Part shown: positions 24,938 to 38,450 of the stretch, in pieces
Numbering within the stretch: position 1 is the first letter of the stretch
Layout of the letters: every line of letters begins with the position of its first letter
Assembly: GCA_016748015.1 (NCBI GenBank)
Contig: JAAOMT010000096.1
Location: 515,087 to 579,086 of the forward strand
Length of the DNA: 64,000 nucleotides
DNA from: Geosiphon pyriformis uo1
Taxonomy: Eukaryota > Fungi > Glomeromycota
Direction of reading: 5' to 3'
Position numbers and translations under genes: made by a program
Notes under the pieces: model-generated
Databases searched by the model: none
What the model was told of the DNA's origin: nothing
Seen by the model: only the letters and a program-made list of their open reading frames with translations

Positions 24938-26340
24938 TTAATTTTGTCTCATTCTTGAAAAGCTGTTAACATTGGTGTGTAGTTTTTCTGATTTATGGTG
25001 TACAATATATTTGTAGTCTGCTAGGAAGTTATTCTATCAAGACTGTTTGGCATTTTGTTTAGTTTTCTTTTTGTTCAGCCATTTGAGACCAATATTGTCA
25101 GTTATGATGTCAAATTTTTTTCCATTCTTCAGGTATTGTTAAAAGTGTTTAAAAGCCCAAATGACTGCAGCAGCTTCTAATTTAATTGAGCCATATTTAA
25201 GTTTTGTTGGTTTGAGTGTTTTACTGACATAGGCAATGACTTGTTCCTGGCTATTTTCATCCAATTGTGATAGGATGGCATCAAATGCTGTGTGTGAAGC
25301 ATCAATAACTAGTTAGAACTGTTTGTTAAAATTTGAATAAGCAAGAACTGAAGCTGTTGTTAATTTTGTTTTGAGAGTTTCAAAGGCTTTTTGCTGTTCT
25401 TTAGTCCATTGATATGGCACGTTTTTGTTGGTAAGATAATTGAGTGGTTTGGCAATTTCTGAGAATTTTTTTATGAATTTTCAATAGTAAGAGACTAATT
25501 CTACAAATCTTTGTAGCTCTGGTATTTTTGGAAGTCTAAAAGTTTTTGACAACACTAATTGTTCTTGGATTTGGTTTGACTCCATCTTTACTAACTATGT
25601 ATCTAAGAAAGATTAAGCTTGTTTTTCCAAAATGACATTTTTCAATGTTCACTTTTAATCCTGCTTTCCATAATTATTGGAAAACTTCTCACAAGTAAAT
25701 AAAATGAGCTTTAAAACTTGGTAAGTACACATTAGTGTCATCAAGATAGACAACTACTGATTGCCATAAAAGTTTTTTATATACAATATTCATGAGTTGT
25801 TAAAATGTTGCTAGTGTATTACAGAGTCCAAAAGACATAACATTGAATTCATAGTTTTCTTCTTGAATAATAAATGCTGTTTTGAGTCGATCTTTTGGGT
25901 CCATTTCGACTTGCCAGTATCCACTTTCTAAGTTTAAAGTTGAGAAGAACTTGGCTTTTCCTAGAGCATCTAGCATGTTATCAATTCTTGGAAGAGAGTA
26001 GGCATTTTTAATTGTCATATTGTTAAGTTGACAATAATCTACACAGAATCTGATTTTTCCATTTTTTTTTTAACTAAAATTACTGGTAAGACCCATGAAC
26101 TTCTTGATGATTGAATTAATCTGTTCTTGAGCATTTTTTGGATCTTTTTTCTAATGAATTGGTGGCTAACAAGTGGTACTTAATAAGCTTGTTGTTATTT
26201 TGGTGAAGCATTTTCTGTGTGAATTTGATGTTGGACAATATCAGTTTTTTCAAGGTCATTATTGTCTTTTGCAAATATATCTGCAAATTCAGCTATTAGC
26301 TGTTTTAGCTGCCTTTGTTGTTGGGGTTCTAAGGAATCCA
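24938..26340 (-). pseudogene. Reverse transcriptase and RNase H of element B
   Basis: ORF 25800-26018 (YSLPRID..LD.L...FSTLNLESGYWQV...KTAF...MSFGL); VYLDD at about 25738-25752; RNase H DAS...VIAY...LEAAAVIWA. Confidence 0.9.
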
Positions 26341-26779
26341 TGTTGATTTAAAAGAGTTTTTTTTCCAAAAAGTGGTAGCTTTCATTAGTAGAAATAATAT
26401 TTAAGTTGGGCAGTAGGGTATGTCTTATAATTTCGATAAAATTAGAGACAGTTTAAGAGTTTTTATCTTGAAAAATGTTGCTATGTATGATTCCAATTTC
26501 TAATTTATTTAATAAGACAATAGGATAATTGTTGGGGTTGTAGAATGTAACTTGAAATTTTTTTATTCCTTTGAAAACATAAACATTTGGAATTAAGATT
26601 TCATGCTTTAAACAGATTTGTTTATTGGATTCAAAAATTTGTTGGATAGTAGTAGATTTTAAGCAAGTGTAAATTTTGTGATGTTTTCCAAAAGGTAAAA
26701 TGGTAATTGGTTAAGAAAGTTGAAGAATCTGGTGAGATTTATTCTGTGTATTGAGAGCTATGTTTACTGGAACTGTGAA

Positions 26780-27210
26780 TCATTCAGTTGAACCAAAATT
26801 TTGAGTTTCTCTTTCACTTTTTCTTAATTGTTTTCTGTTGTTAACTGATTGTAAACTCAAAATGTTAATTAAGAGTAGATAAATTGCTTGAGCAATCTTT
26901 TCAGCATGTTTAATTTTGAATGGTTTGTCTGTTTTATTTTGTAACATGATAGTAATATTTTCAGTGTATTTTGCATCTATAACTCCTCCTCTAACATTGA
27001 TCCCTTTGCTGGCTAAGGATAATCTAGAAGCAATTTGAACTATTGCTTTTGATAGAATTTCAAGAGCAATTCTAAGGTTGATTTTGGTTAAAGATTTTGG
27101 TTAAAGAACCAAAGTATTTTTTTCTGGGTATTATAGATCATATTCAGCATCTATATCATGTGCTTTTTCTAACTTGATTCTTTGACCATTATTGTTGAAG
27201 TATTTGAGTT
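26780..27210 (-). pseudogene. Trimeric dUTPase domain inside the pol region of element B
   Basis: The minus strand shows all five dUTPase motifs in order and in one frame: KAHDIDAEYDL, IASRLSLASKG, GGVIDAKYTENI, EKIAQAI, SERETQNFGST. Several conserved Gly residues are hit by G-to-A changes. Confidence 0.9.
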
Positions 27211-28149
27211 GTAGGGCTGATTGATTTTCAGTAAGGTAGATTGGAATTGTTGTAATTCTTTCTTCTAGCTCAAATTTTCCAAACTCAATTTCCTTCTAGT
27301 CATCTTTGCTGGATAAAGAGATGCTAAAAGCATAACATTTTGAATACTATTTATTATTACAAGGCATGATACATTCTTTATACAGTTAAATATTCATTTG
27401 CTTTAATCATTGAATTTGAGCTTCTTGAGTTGGATAAGTGTGGCTTGCAATTTGGTGATATGTTTCTACTTTATCTTCATAGTTAAATCCAGCTAATTCT
27501 ATTATGTACTTAATGTATTTAGCTTTTTTCATTTGACAAACATCTTCTTATGTGGCTCTATTAATTAAAACTATTGCTAAATTAAAGATTATTTCAGCAT
27601 TATAAAAATAATGATAGAGTTTTTTGAGAGCACTATTGTATGCTGCATTAAAGAGCTGTTTCTCTTTTAACTTTTTCCAAAATTGATAGGGCATATTGAC
27701 AGATTTGATCACATACTCCTCTTTTTATTGTAACATCAATCCAGTTACATTCTTTTGATAGTATATCTCCATATGTAAAACAAGAAGTGTTGTTCTATTT
27801 TCCACTTTGTTTGAAATATCCAAATCGTTCTTTATGGCATGCTTTGCAAAAATAACAGATATAAGTTTCATATTTCTCTTCTGGGGAAATACATGCTCCC
27901 ATGGATAAAAGTTTTTTCTTGTAATCTTTACATTTAAGTAAGATGTAAGATGATTGTTTCTGTGGTTCTGATGTGGAGTATCTAACTACATTTTATCTTT
28001 TGGTCTTCTTAAAAATTTCTTGTTCTGTTTCTTCAGCCCAATTGGATGATAATCTAAGAGCCATAAAGGTTTCAGTGATTGATAGTTCTTTATTCTCTTT
28101 AAATTTGAATACTAAAGCTTTTTCAGATTTTTTATTAAAAATACCACAG

Positions 28150-30548
28150 ATGGCAGGTACTTTGGTGTATTGTTTTTGATATAAAATCTTCAATTTCTGA
28201 GTTTCCCAATTTAAATTTGCATTGGTCTTAAGAAGTTAATTATTTTTGATAAGAGTTTAGTATTGTGGTACATCTATGACTAAAACTTTGACTGGAATAG
28301 TGATTCCATTAATAGTGAATAGAAAATTGTCAATTTTTTCTACTGATGTCTTTTTTATATCATCTGCTGTAACAATGACTGTTTGTGCAGATCTGTTAAC
28401 AGTTCATTGAAGTTGTTGTATTAATTGATAGGTGATAATATTTCTAGCTGATCCACTGTTTAAAATTAACTAAATGGGTTTTTCTTCTATTTCAGCTTCA
28501 GTATATATAGTTGTGATTGTTTTTTGTTCATTGACTGCTGTATTACTAAGCAAAAATGGTGATTCATTTGCTTCAAATTTAAATAAAAATATATCTGAAA
28601 GGTTAACATTTTGGGCAATTTGGGCTGGTGAAATAATATTGTTGGAAGAGTTTGATCTTGGTGCTACAACTTTATCTTCAGAAAGTGCAGTTTATTGAAA
28701 ACTCAATTTTTCTGGCATTGTAAGGTAATTGGATTGAGTGTAGTAGTAATTGAGTTTTTGTTGACCAGAATTTTGGGAAACCAACTGATTGTTTGGGTTA
28801 ATTCTGTTGTTATTATTATAGAATTGATTTTGGAGTGTGAATTGGTTTTGTTGAACCAATCTTCGAGCAAGTACTTGATATTGTTGTGTAAATAGCTGTT
28901 GATACTGTTGGATTGGTGGAGGTTGTTAATATTGTTGCTGTGGAGAAGATTGATAGTAACTGTTTTGCTGTTGGGATCTTGGAGAATAGTAGACTGGTGG
29001 TAGAGGCTAATAATGATATTGCTGTATTAAAGAGTAATATTGATTACTCCTGTTTTGTTGGTCTCTTTGTAGCTTTCTGCAATCTCATTTCCAGTGTCCT
29101 GAAATTTTACAATTTTGACAACTTTGGTTTTGACTGTTTGATGATAATGAGTAGTTGTTTTGGTTTCATTATTGTGGTGGCTGATATCTCTGTGTTTGTT
29201 GCTGCTGTTATTGGTTGGTAAAATAATTTTCAATCTTCTTTGTGAGTTGGTCAATTTTTTTTTCAGCTGCTAAGCTGGTTTTTTCAATAGTAAAATTTAC
29301 AAGTTTGGTATAGTTTGCTTCTTCTATTGTTATTTTATAGTTTTTTGCATGTCTAATGGCTGTTGTTAAGTCTTTTAAAACATGTGGGCAAACTTTTTTA
29401 ATTAACTTGTCTTTTAATCCTGCTATAAATTAATCCAAAATCTGGGCATTGAAATAGTATTTATTGGTTTCTAATTGTTAAATTCATCGAAGAAGTTTGT
29501 TGAATCTCCCAAGATAAGTTATAACAGTTTCAAATGCTTCTTGTTTGATATTGTGAAAGTGATTGTGGAGAGTAATAGAGGTGTTGTTGTCAGTAAATTG
29601 TTGTAAGAAAACATCTTTGAATGCTTGCCAGTTTCCAAATAGTTTTTCTAAGTTTTCAAACCATTCTTCTGCAGTTCCTTGAAGAAAATATGGGATTGCT
29701 TTGAGCATTTTTGCTGCATTCTATCTATTTGCATCTCCTGCTTTTTGGACTTTGTCAAGCTATTCTTGAGGGCTAGTATCATTATTTTTACCAGTAAATT
29801 CTGGAATTTTTGCAATATAAGCAGTTGTCATTTCTTCTTCATTTTTTGTAGTTTCTTCTTGTTCTAATTCAGTTTCTTCATTTTCTAAGTTCTTTGAATG
29901 ATTACTTTCATTTTTCTGTAAGTAATCAATAATATTGGTGCTAGTTAATATTGGTTTTTGCTATTGAGTAAGACTTTTTGGTAACTGAAAATTTTCTAGT
30001 CTGAAGAAATAAATAAGTGATGAACTTGGTGTTTGTGGTTGAACAAATAAAATTGGAAATAGTGTAACTAAAAGTGAAAGTCTGATGCTGGTTCTTTGTT
30101 CTGGAGTTTGCAAGTGTTTGGCAGTTATTTTTGGCATTTTTGGAGTGTTTAAGGTAGTGTTTGGGTGTTGCTTTAATTTTTGTTTGCCTTTGTTGCTTGT
30201 TTCTGTTTCTGATTCAAAGTCAATAGAGTATTTAGACTGTACTGGATATTTTTTTTCACAATACTAGATAATGTTGAAATTAAGTTCTTGGAAATAGGTG
30301 CCAAGTGTTTTACTATTAAGGTCTTCAGTTTCCAATTGTAAATAGTACACTAAATTATTGTAGAAGTTGCTTCTAACTTCTAAAATGTTGTAATTTCCAA
30401 GAAGATAATTGTTAATGTAGTTTTCAATATACTGGTAAAATGTTTTCTTAACAATTTTAATTCCATCTGGAATGTTGAATCTCTGCTTGCAATGGGTGTA
30501 AATTAACTGGTAATACTCTAGAGTTAATATATCTGGTGTGATTGTCAC
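28150..30548 (-). pseudogene. Gag and aspartic protease of element B
   Basis: ORFs 30264-30548, 29484-29708 (AIPYFLQGTAEEWF, retrotransposon Gag) and 29027-29254; protease motif LILNSGSA (decayed DSGS) near 28450-28470. Confidence 0.85.
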
Positions 30549-30593
30549 TTTGAAGTTGTTATTGCTGTGTTATTTTCGTAGAAAAGCACCAAA

Positions 30594-31542
30594 TGTTACT
30601 GGAGGTTTTTGGTCTCTTTTTTTGCACATTGTTAATGTTTGTTTGTTGCTAGTTTTATATTTTCTGGAAGCAGTTAAATCTCCAATAACTGAATTTCTCT
30701 TCAAATTATCTCTTATAATTTGAACTGCTGGACTTATAAATAGAATGGCCAGTTATTTTGTGTAGTTACATTGTAGTAAACATCAACTCTTTTCCAGGAA
30801 TTGCTTATCTGGAAGCTCACTAAAAATGTGTAGTTACTTTGCTATAAAAGTCAACTCTTCTATAGGAATCTTGTCTGTAGACTATCTTAATAATTATAAT
30901 AAGAAAAATAAAAAAAAATAAAAGAAATATAATTGTGTTAAGGGAAACGTTTTCTATCCAGGTCTGAAGTCACTAACAGATTACTAAAATTGGTAGCTAA
31001 TCAATTTCAAAATCTTAGTTTGTGTTGAAAAAATTTCAAGTGTAATAATCAAAGAATTTGGTTTTTAAATATTTAATTTTTATTTAAGATATGTAAAAAG
31101 TGATTTGTTCTAATTAAGGTATCTAAAGTAAGATACTATGGTAAAATATTAGAAAATACATTTTCTTGAAGAGAGAAGCTCTTCTTTTATACAACTTGTT
31201 GTAGTACTAGTCTTTGAACTTGCACTTTTCTCTTTGCTACAATTTTGGTGAACTAAAGATACATTTTGGCAAACTACAAATTATTTTACTGAACTATTGA
31301 TTATTTCGGCCAATTTTTATTAATTTCGGCGAATTTTGACTATATTAAATGGTTCAGAGTATTGTGTAGTTTGATTATTTTAATTTCTATAGTACAAATC
31401 GAATTATTGATTGAGTAATAATATTTGATAATTTGATTAAAATAATAAGTGATAATTGAAATGGTAATAATATATGTTAATTAATAATAGAAATTATGAG
31501 GGTAATTTCATGCTAATTATAGCTAAAATTCTATTGATAACA
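30594..31542 (-). repeat. 5' LTR of element B
   Basis: Paired with 21683-22653; the PBS follows immediately on the minus strand. Confidence 0.92.
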
Positions 31543-32516
31543 GTGAATCTTAAATAGTTTGTTCCTATTCTTTCTGGTTTTGCCATTTTTGGATGATTGT
31601 TTGTTGGTGCTGGTTCTCTGTAAAATTATACTTCACAGAGAGCACCAAATATTACAGATGATTATTTGGGGTGTTAAAACAAATAACAACCTGTAACTTA
31701 GTGTTCAATAGCTAATATAGTTGGTAATATCTGAAGATTTTGTTTGTCTGAAAGTTTTATTAATCTGAAGGTTTTGAGTTTAAGTTCTTTGTATAATGAA
31801 CAGAGATTTAATAGTTGTTTATCAATAGCCTCCTGGAATTACAATTCTGTCAAATTTTTTTTTTCAGCTTGATGGCCTGTTTATTCTGGCAGTTATGCTC
31901 TTCTAGTAAGTTATCTGTTAATATATAAATTTGATATCCTTATTTCTGGATCTTTTATTAAGCTATTCTTGACATCAATAACTCAGTGCTTAATTTTTAA
32001 TCAATTAGTAACAACAAATGAAAAAAAGAAAAGAAATAAAATAATAAATAATAAAAAAATAAGCCAAGACAAAAAATGTAAGTATTCCATCAATAGCCAT
32101 GATCAAGAGCTATTATTCCTATGTGGTTAAGTATTTGTTATTATTAACATAAAATGTTAATTGTGAAAAGTAAAAGTTAAAAATAGCGAATATTGATTTA
32201 TTGATATTTGTAAATGTTGAAGATTACTTAGATGAAATCCAAGCTAAAAAGTCTGTTTTTTTCTATTTTTAACACTATTGCTATATATACATAATTAAGA
32301 TTCCTTAATTTCTTAATTTTTCATCTTAGAAATCCTGCAATTTTTTTGAGAGAAATCTTGGAATTCTGGAATTCTGTGATTTTTCATATGAGAATTCTGA
32401 AATTCCTGGAATTCTGCAATTCTTTTGAGAGAAATCCTGGAATTTCACTTTTATTATGACTATTTTTAATTGGCTAATTTATATGCTAATATACTTCTTA
32501 TATTCTATAAGTAACA
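31543..32516 (-). mobile_element. Family A 5' LTR (31650-32516) with PBS TGGTGCTCTCTGTG and about 100 bp of gag start
   Basis: Reverse-complement match to 62040-63030; contains internal GGAATTC(C/T)-type short repeats at 32330-32445. Confidence 0.85.
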
Positions 32517-33960
32517 AAAACCAAATTGTTTACAATAAGTACAGCAAACCAAAAAAAGACCAGCCCAATGCAGATTCACACTCTTAAAAACTGAAACAAA
32601 ACCAATAGTAGTCATCTTAGATGCTTTATCAGAAAAACAAATCATTGTACACTTATTACACACATATGAACTCAGATTGCAGTCAATAAAACAAGTTTTT
32701 TTACCATAAGAATTCACCAAATCAGAAAAATTGTAAACAGTAGTTTTAATAAACAAAGTATACAACAAAGTCTGATGCTAATCCCTAAAAACTCATAATA
32801 ATTTATTATTGATTGCCAAAGCCACATGCACAGAATTTTTTTCCATAAAAACTGACTATTTAGAGGCAACTGAACCATCAACATTTAATGATTCAAATTC
32901 TATCAAAGTCTTTTGCCATAAACCAATCAGTTGTATTTTAACTAAAATTATCTTACCAAATTTGGAGAACACTGATTTAATCATTAATTTAAAAAGATCT
33001 ATTGAGATTTCCATAATGATCACTATCTGATCTGAATGGCTGTTTGGTTTCTTAATATCATTATTAACCAGAATTTTTGCATTGATAACCAAACCTCTAG
33101 TCTTTTATAAACTCAACTTTGAAATAAAAAAAAACTTGATTAGTCCAAAAAATTTTGAAAGAATGAACACTCCCTCTTCCCAAAATTATCTACACAATAA
33201 AAATTTTTTTTCAATGCTATTAATTTGTTATCAGAAGATTTGTCAGGAACAGTTAAAAGATTAATATCCAACACAAATGATTTTTTCAAGCCAAATTCTC
33301 TGAATTCTTTGTTTTGTAACTTAACTAATAGCAACTTCTTGAAACCAACAAACTTAAATACCAGTAGTACCAAATTGGTCTTATCTCCACTTAGATTATG
33401 AAAGACTGATGCTTTTAATAGTTGACCCAAAATCTAAGTCTTTGTTCATGTTTTCCTTGAAGTTGTATTATCTAACATATTGTCAATTTTAGAGGTATTT
33501 GAATTCACATAACTCATCTTTTTGGCAATCATGTTTTTTATGTTTTTAATATTAGATACATCACTAATATTAGATACTTTGCTATTTACTTAACTGCTTC
33601 AAGACTTTTTGTATTCAACATTATCAGTCTGCAAAATGTCAACAGAAAAAAGTCCAGCCAACAAATTTACCAAACTACTAGCAATATTAGATATTTTTGT
33701 TTTTTTGTAAGAGAAACCATAAAAATAAATACTCTTTACACACATCTTTTTCTTATTACTAGACTGGATTTCTAACCCAGCCAAAACAAAACCAGAATTA
33801 TCAACAAAAGAGCCCACTGGATTTATAATAACAAATAAGGATGTATTAAAAAAAATATCTACAAAAACAAGAGAAAAAAAGAAAAATAAAAGATATATTT
33901 CTTTGATTATTCTAAGTTCTTACTGTGACTAAAGAATTAATGAAAAAAAGAATTTTTTTT
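32517..33960 (-). mobile_element. LINE family L-A ORF1 (5' part), decayed
   Basis: ORFs 33599-33817, 33140-33430, 32856-33092 and 32505-32768 are homologous to 6084-7400. Confidence 0.8.
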
Positions 33961-33990
33961 TAAAGTAGAATCATATTTATAAAATTAAAA

Positions 33991-34012
33991 ATATATATAT
34001 ATATATATATAT
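33991..34012. repeat. (AT)11 microsatellite
   Basis: Read directly. Confidence 0.9.
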
Positions 34013-34209
34013 AAACAAAATTTGCAAATTTATATATTATAACTTATATAAGTAATAATAATTTTATTATAAAATTTTTAAAACAAGTTTTTTTTTAAGT
34101 ATATTTTTTTATTTTAAAAAATAATATTATTTTAAATTTAATTATTAATATTAATAATAATAATAACAACAAAAATTATAATTTTTTTTTATTATGCTTT
34201 TAATGAGTG

Positions 34210-35402
34210 AAGTCCAACTGCTATTTAGTACATAGAACCAAACTAAAAGGCTCAAACTAAATACAGCTCATGTATTTTCTACATGTGACTAGCCACTCAG
34301 GTCAGACAAAGCAACACTACACACCAATACTAACACACGGACTACCATCTAAACTAGAGAAAAAGAGACAAGACCTGCAATGGCCAAAACCAATAGCAAA
34401 AGAGCCAGCAACACCGAGCATCTTTACCACTTTATCAAACAACAAAAAATCCAAGCAGCGAGACAAACCTGAAAACAAACTGTTATCTCCAACCAAACCA
34501 GCTTTCTCCATTCTTACCCTAAATGCTGACCTCGCCAACCAGGCTTTAGAGCAATGCAGCTTAACTAGATGCTCAACAAAACCAACCACAGCACCAATAG
34601 TCTCTTTTCTACCATCAAAAATCCTCACAGCTTTAGCACACTATTCCCTCAGCACAAACCCCTTACACAAGACTGAATACAATTTAACATCCACAGAATA
34701 CTGACCAAGAGATCACAAAACAGCAGAAGGCAACAAACCACGAAGACCGACCATGAAAAGCCAATTCACAGATGCCGCAGCAAAAACTTTCTTACAAATC
34801 TCTACATCATGAGAACACATGAAAACATGATCTGGCAACTCCACTTCACGACACAATAAGCATAGCACACCAGGATAAAACCTATTATATAACCATTTTC
34901 TAACCACCACAGGAAGCTGTCAATACACAGCCTTCATCAGGTACATGTGAAGACAAAAAGACCTCCAACTAGTAAAACCAACAAGCATATGTGAATCAGG
35001 ATGTTAAACCCTAGCAGTAGCACCCCAATCTACAGCCTTAATCAGCACCTCAGGAATCATATCACAGCCAGGTCCTGCTTTCTATCATGCATAACAAACA
35101 GATCTATACAAATTCCAAATAAAATAATGAGCATTGCCAGACACTGATGTGCTTTCAGCTACCAAAAATTGCTTTTGGACACTGACAGGCAAAGACAGAT
35201 GAGAAAAAGCAGCGTTACCAACAGTGGCATCAGCCTTAACATTGCCAAGAATCCCAGAATGTCCCTTAACCTTAACCCACCATACAGAAAGATTCTTTTC
35301 ATAAATCAAATTAAAAATCTGGCATCTTTCCAATCAACAAAAGGAGCAAAAATCAGACACAGGCAATGACATCTCAGAAATATATGCATTAATAGCCACC
35401 TA
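34210..35402 (-). mobile_element. 3' end of a comparatively young LINE ORF2: RNase H C-terminus plus CCHC finger
   Basis: WVKVKGHSGILGNVKADA (RNase H, ORF 35085-35333) and CLLCREVELPDHVFMC (CCHC, ORF 34713-34910). GC content is visibly higher than in the flanks. Confidence 0.85.
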
Positions 35403-36349
35403 ATATTATAATATTAACAAAATAAGTTTAATAAATAATTATTTTCAAATTCTAATTTAATTTAAAATTTATTAGTAAAAAATATTAATGTAATAAATAA
35501 TGATAAAATTTTTTTTATAATATTATTTTAAAATTATAATTTTTTTTGATTAATAATTAATTTGTAAAAAATTTAAAAAGATTTTGTTTTAATTATTAAA
35601 CATAAAAATAAAAAATTTATTAAAAAAAAATTAAAAATACAAAAAACAAATTATTTTATTGAATACCATAATAATATTATAATATAAAATAAAACAAAAT
35701 AAAAATATTTATAAGTATTTAAAATAACTAATTGAAAAATATAATTATTGTTATATAATTTATTATTTAAAATAATTTAAGTAAAATAAATTAAATAAAA
35801 AATTATTTAATATTGTTTATACATGTTTTTAAATTTTATTCTGAAATTTACAAAAGAAATTAAAATAACAATTAAAATTTATATTTTATTATAATAATAT
35901 TAAAAATTATTAAATTTTAATTAAAACTATTAGAATTAATATTATAAATTTTTTTATTTATTCTTAAAAAATAACAAAAAAAATGTTTTTTATATGTTAT
36001 TAAATATTTTTTAAAATTATATTAATATATTATTTTCTTAAATTATTATAAATTAATTTATGCTTAATCTATTTATATTCTAAAAAAATTTAAAAAATTT
36101 AATAAGTTGTTTAATTAATTTTTTCTAAATTTAATTATTATTAAAATATGATTATTTTATACTGTAAAAAAATCAAAAAAAATCATTTTTGTTATTTTTA
36201 AAGCTTTTATATTATTCTTAAAATTAACTAAAAATTTAAAAATAAAATTATTATGTTTTTCTTTAATAAAATTATTTTTATTATTATTAACAATTTCAAT
36301 AAACTTATAATAAATATTGTTTTTAAAAATTATAAAAACTTTTTGTCTT

Positions 36350-38450
36350 CTTAATTTTATGATTATAACCAGATTAAAGAGTAAAAAAGCTGCAACTAGT
36401 ATTTTTTTTAATATTTCACAAAGTTTCAACCAGAAAAGTTCTTTTTATTATAAAAACTACCAGACAAAATGTCTTAAAAGCTTTCTCTTTCGATATTAAT
36501 AATAAAAAACTGTTTTTGGTGACTATTAAAGTATTTTTTTTATTTTTGACTGGTTCTTTTCTAGTCAAAGTTTCTTTAAAAAGACACACTTAAATTAATC
36601 TCAATATTGTTTTTATCTTTTTTAAGAGCCCAAAAATTTTTAATAACAGGCCAGTTAGCAAACTGGTTTTTCTCTTTATAGCTCTTATATCTGATGCTGC
36701 TAATATTATTTCTTCAAAAAAAATGATCAAAAAGACCAAAGATTCAAAAAAGTAAAAACAGTCACCTATTTTTACTATTATTATACTGAACTCTTTTGTG
36801 TTTTTAATAAGATTTTAGATAAAATTTCTGTTGTATTATCTGGTACATTGTCTAAAATAGGCCAAAATTAACTACTGGTTGTGTTGTTAAATATAATGTT
36901 TTTTAACAGATTTTTGCCAGTTTTAGATGCAAAACAATTATTTTCTGTAAAGTTATTTATTCTTGAAAGCTGAACTAACTAGATAGAAACTGAATTATTT
37001 TTTTTACTGGTTTTTGGTACTGTTACTAGTAGTGCTTAGAAAATTATTATTAATTATTAAAGATTTGTTAAATAAATGGTCTTTACTCTAATGCTTAATA
37101 CTATTTTTAAGATTAAATTGGCTTATATTAAGACTGTTTTTTAGTCCATACATGGTTTTTTGGATGCAGTTTGGTATTAAAAAACAATATAAAGCTTTTC
37201 TGTATAGAGTTTGCTTTTTAAAAGTCTTTGGAAGCAGTTTTTTGAACTTATAAGTTTTGTTTGTTTGGCTACTTTTAAAATTGCCAAGTTTTTAGTAGTT
37301 TCTAAAACTGATTTTTTTTTTGTTACTGTTATGCTGCATAATATGCCTTTGGATGTATCTGTTGTTGACATTAAGACAGTTCTTAATATATTTAGTAAGA
37401 TTGCTTGTGTTGTGCTAAAACCTATTGGCATTTGACAATATATAGTTGTTTTTTTGAAAAACTGAATTCTGTTATGTCTGCTTTAAATTATTAATCAGTT
37501 TTAATAAATAAAAATAGTATTAGAATTTTTTTTTTGGTGAATCAAAATGAAACTATTGTATTTTATAATAGGTTTAAGACCAAGTTGATTAATTTTTTTT
37601 CTGGTTGTATTACTTTTAAAATTAGTAATATAATCTCTTAAGTTGAAAATTGAACATGTTTTATTTCTTGCTTTTTTAATTCTAGTTATATTTAAATCTT
37701 AAGTTAATTTAAATATTGTTATAATCAAAACTAGAATACTAAAAAAGTGTTATATTTAATAAAAAACTTCTGGCTGTTAACACTGGTTTAAGTGTTAAAA
37801 AATAGACTATTTAGTCATAGACTATAAAATTTCTCCACTTTTTTCTCTTAAGACTCTTAAGATATTTGCTTTATATTTTGTGAATATTAAGTTTTATGTC
37901 AAGAACTCTGTTTTTTTAAATTCCTTTATGTTTTTTCTTCTAATGGCTTTTGTTTCTTTTTTTGTAGCTGTTGTTGATTCTTTAATTTCTTCTTAATTGG
38001 TATTTCTGGAATTTAATTTGATCAAGTTGTTAATTTTGGTTAATTCAATTATTAATTCTGTTAATATATTAATTATTGTGTTTAAATAATTTGTAAAAAG
38101 TAATCTTGTGTTAAGCAGTGTTTTTAGTTTTAAGATTAATAGAATTTTGGTACATATGGGTATTTTTAGCAAAACTATAAGTAAGCTGAAATATAATATA
38201 ATTACACTAAAAAATAAGTGTGATTTTACTAATATTGATATGTCTGGTCTTTATGTAGATTTGTTTGTTATTAATAATAATATGTTTTCTAATTTGCTGT
38301 TATTTTGGAAACATAAACTTACTAATGTCAAGTTTAATGTATTTAAAATAGTTAATTGATTAGTAGAGTTGATTTTTAATAATGCTATATTATTTAAAGT
38401 TGTTTAAAAAATGTCTTTTTTGAATAAGTTTTTTTTTAAAACATCAACAT
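36350..38450 (+). mobile_element. LINE family L-B ORF1, decayed
   Basis: Colinear with 18041-19490 (for example ORF 37211-37435 versus 18840-19181) and continues past the knuckle. Confidence 0.75.

Larger units (their letters stand above)
21683..31542 (-). mobile_element. Near full-length Ty3/gypsy family B element (gag-PR-X-dUTPase-RT-RH / IN / accessory ORF), pseudogenised
   Basis: Paired LTRs at 21683-22653 and 30594-31542 with TG..CA ends; PBS TGGTGCTTTTCTACG; PPT GAGGAGGAAATTA at about 22654-22666; gypsy domain order RT-RH-IN. The flanks show no TSD. Confidence 0.92.

Noticed and set aside
34270-34704. 144-aa plus-strand ORF
   Set aside because: Antisense to the LINE ORF2 C-terminus.
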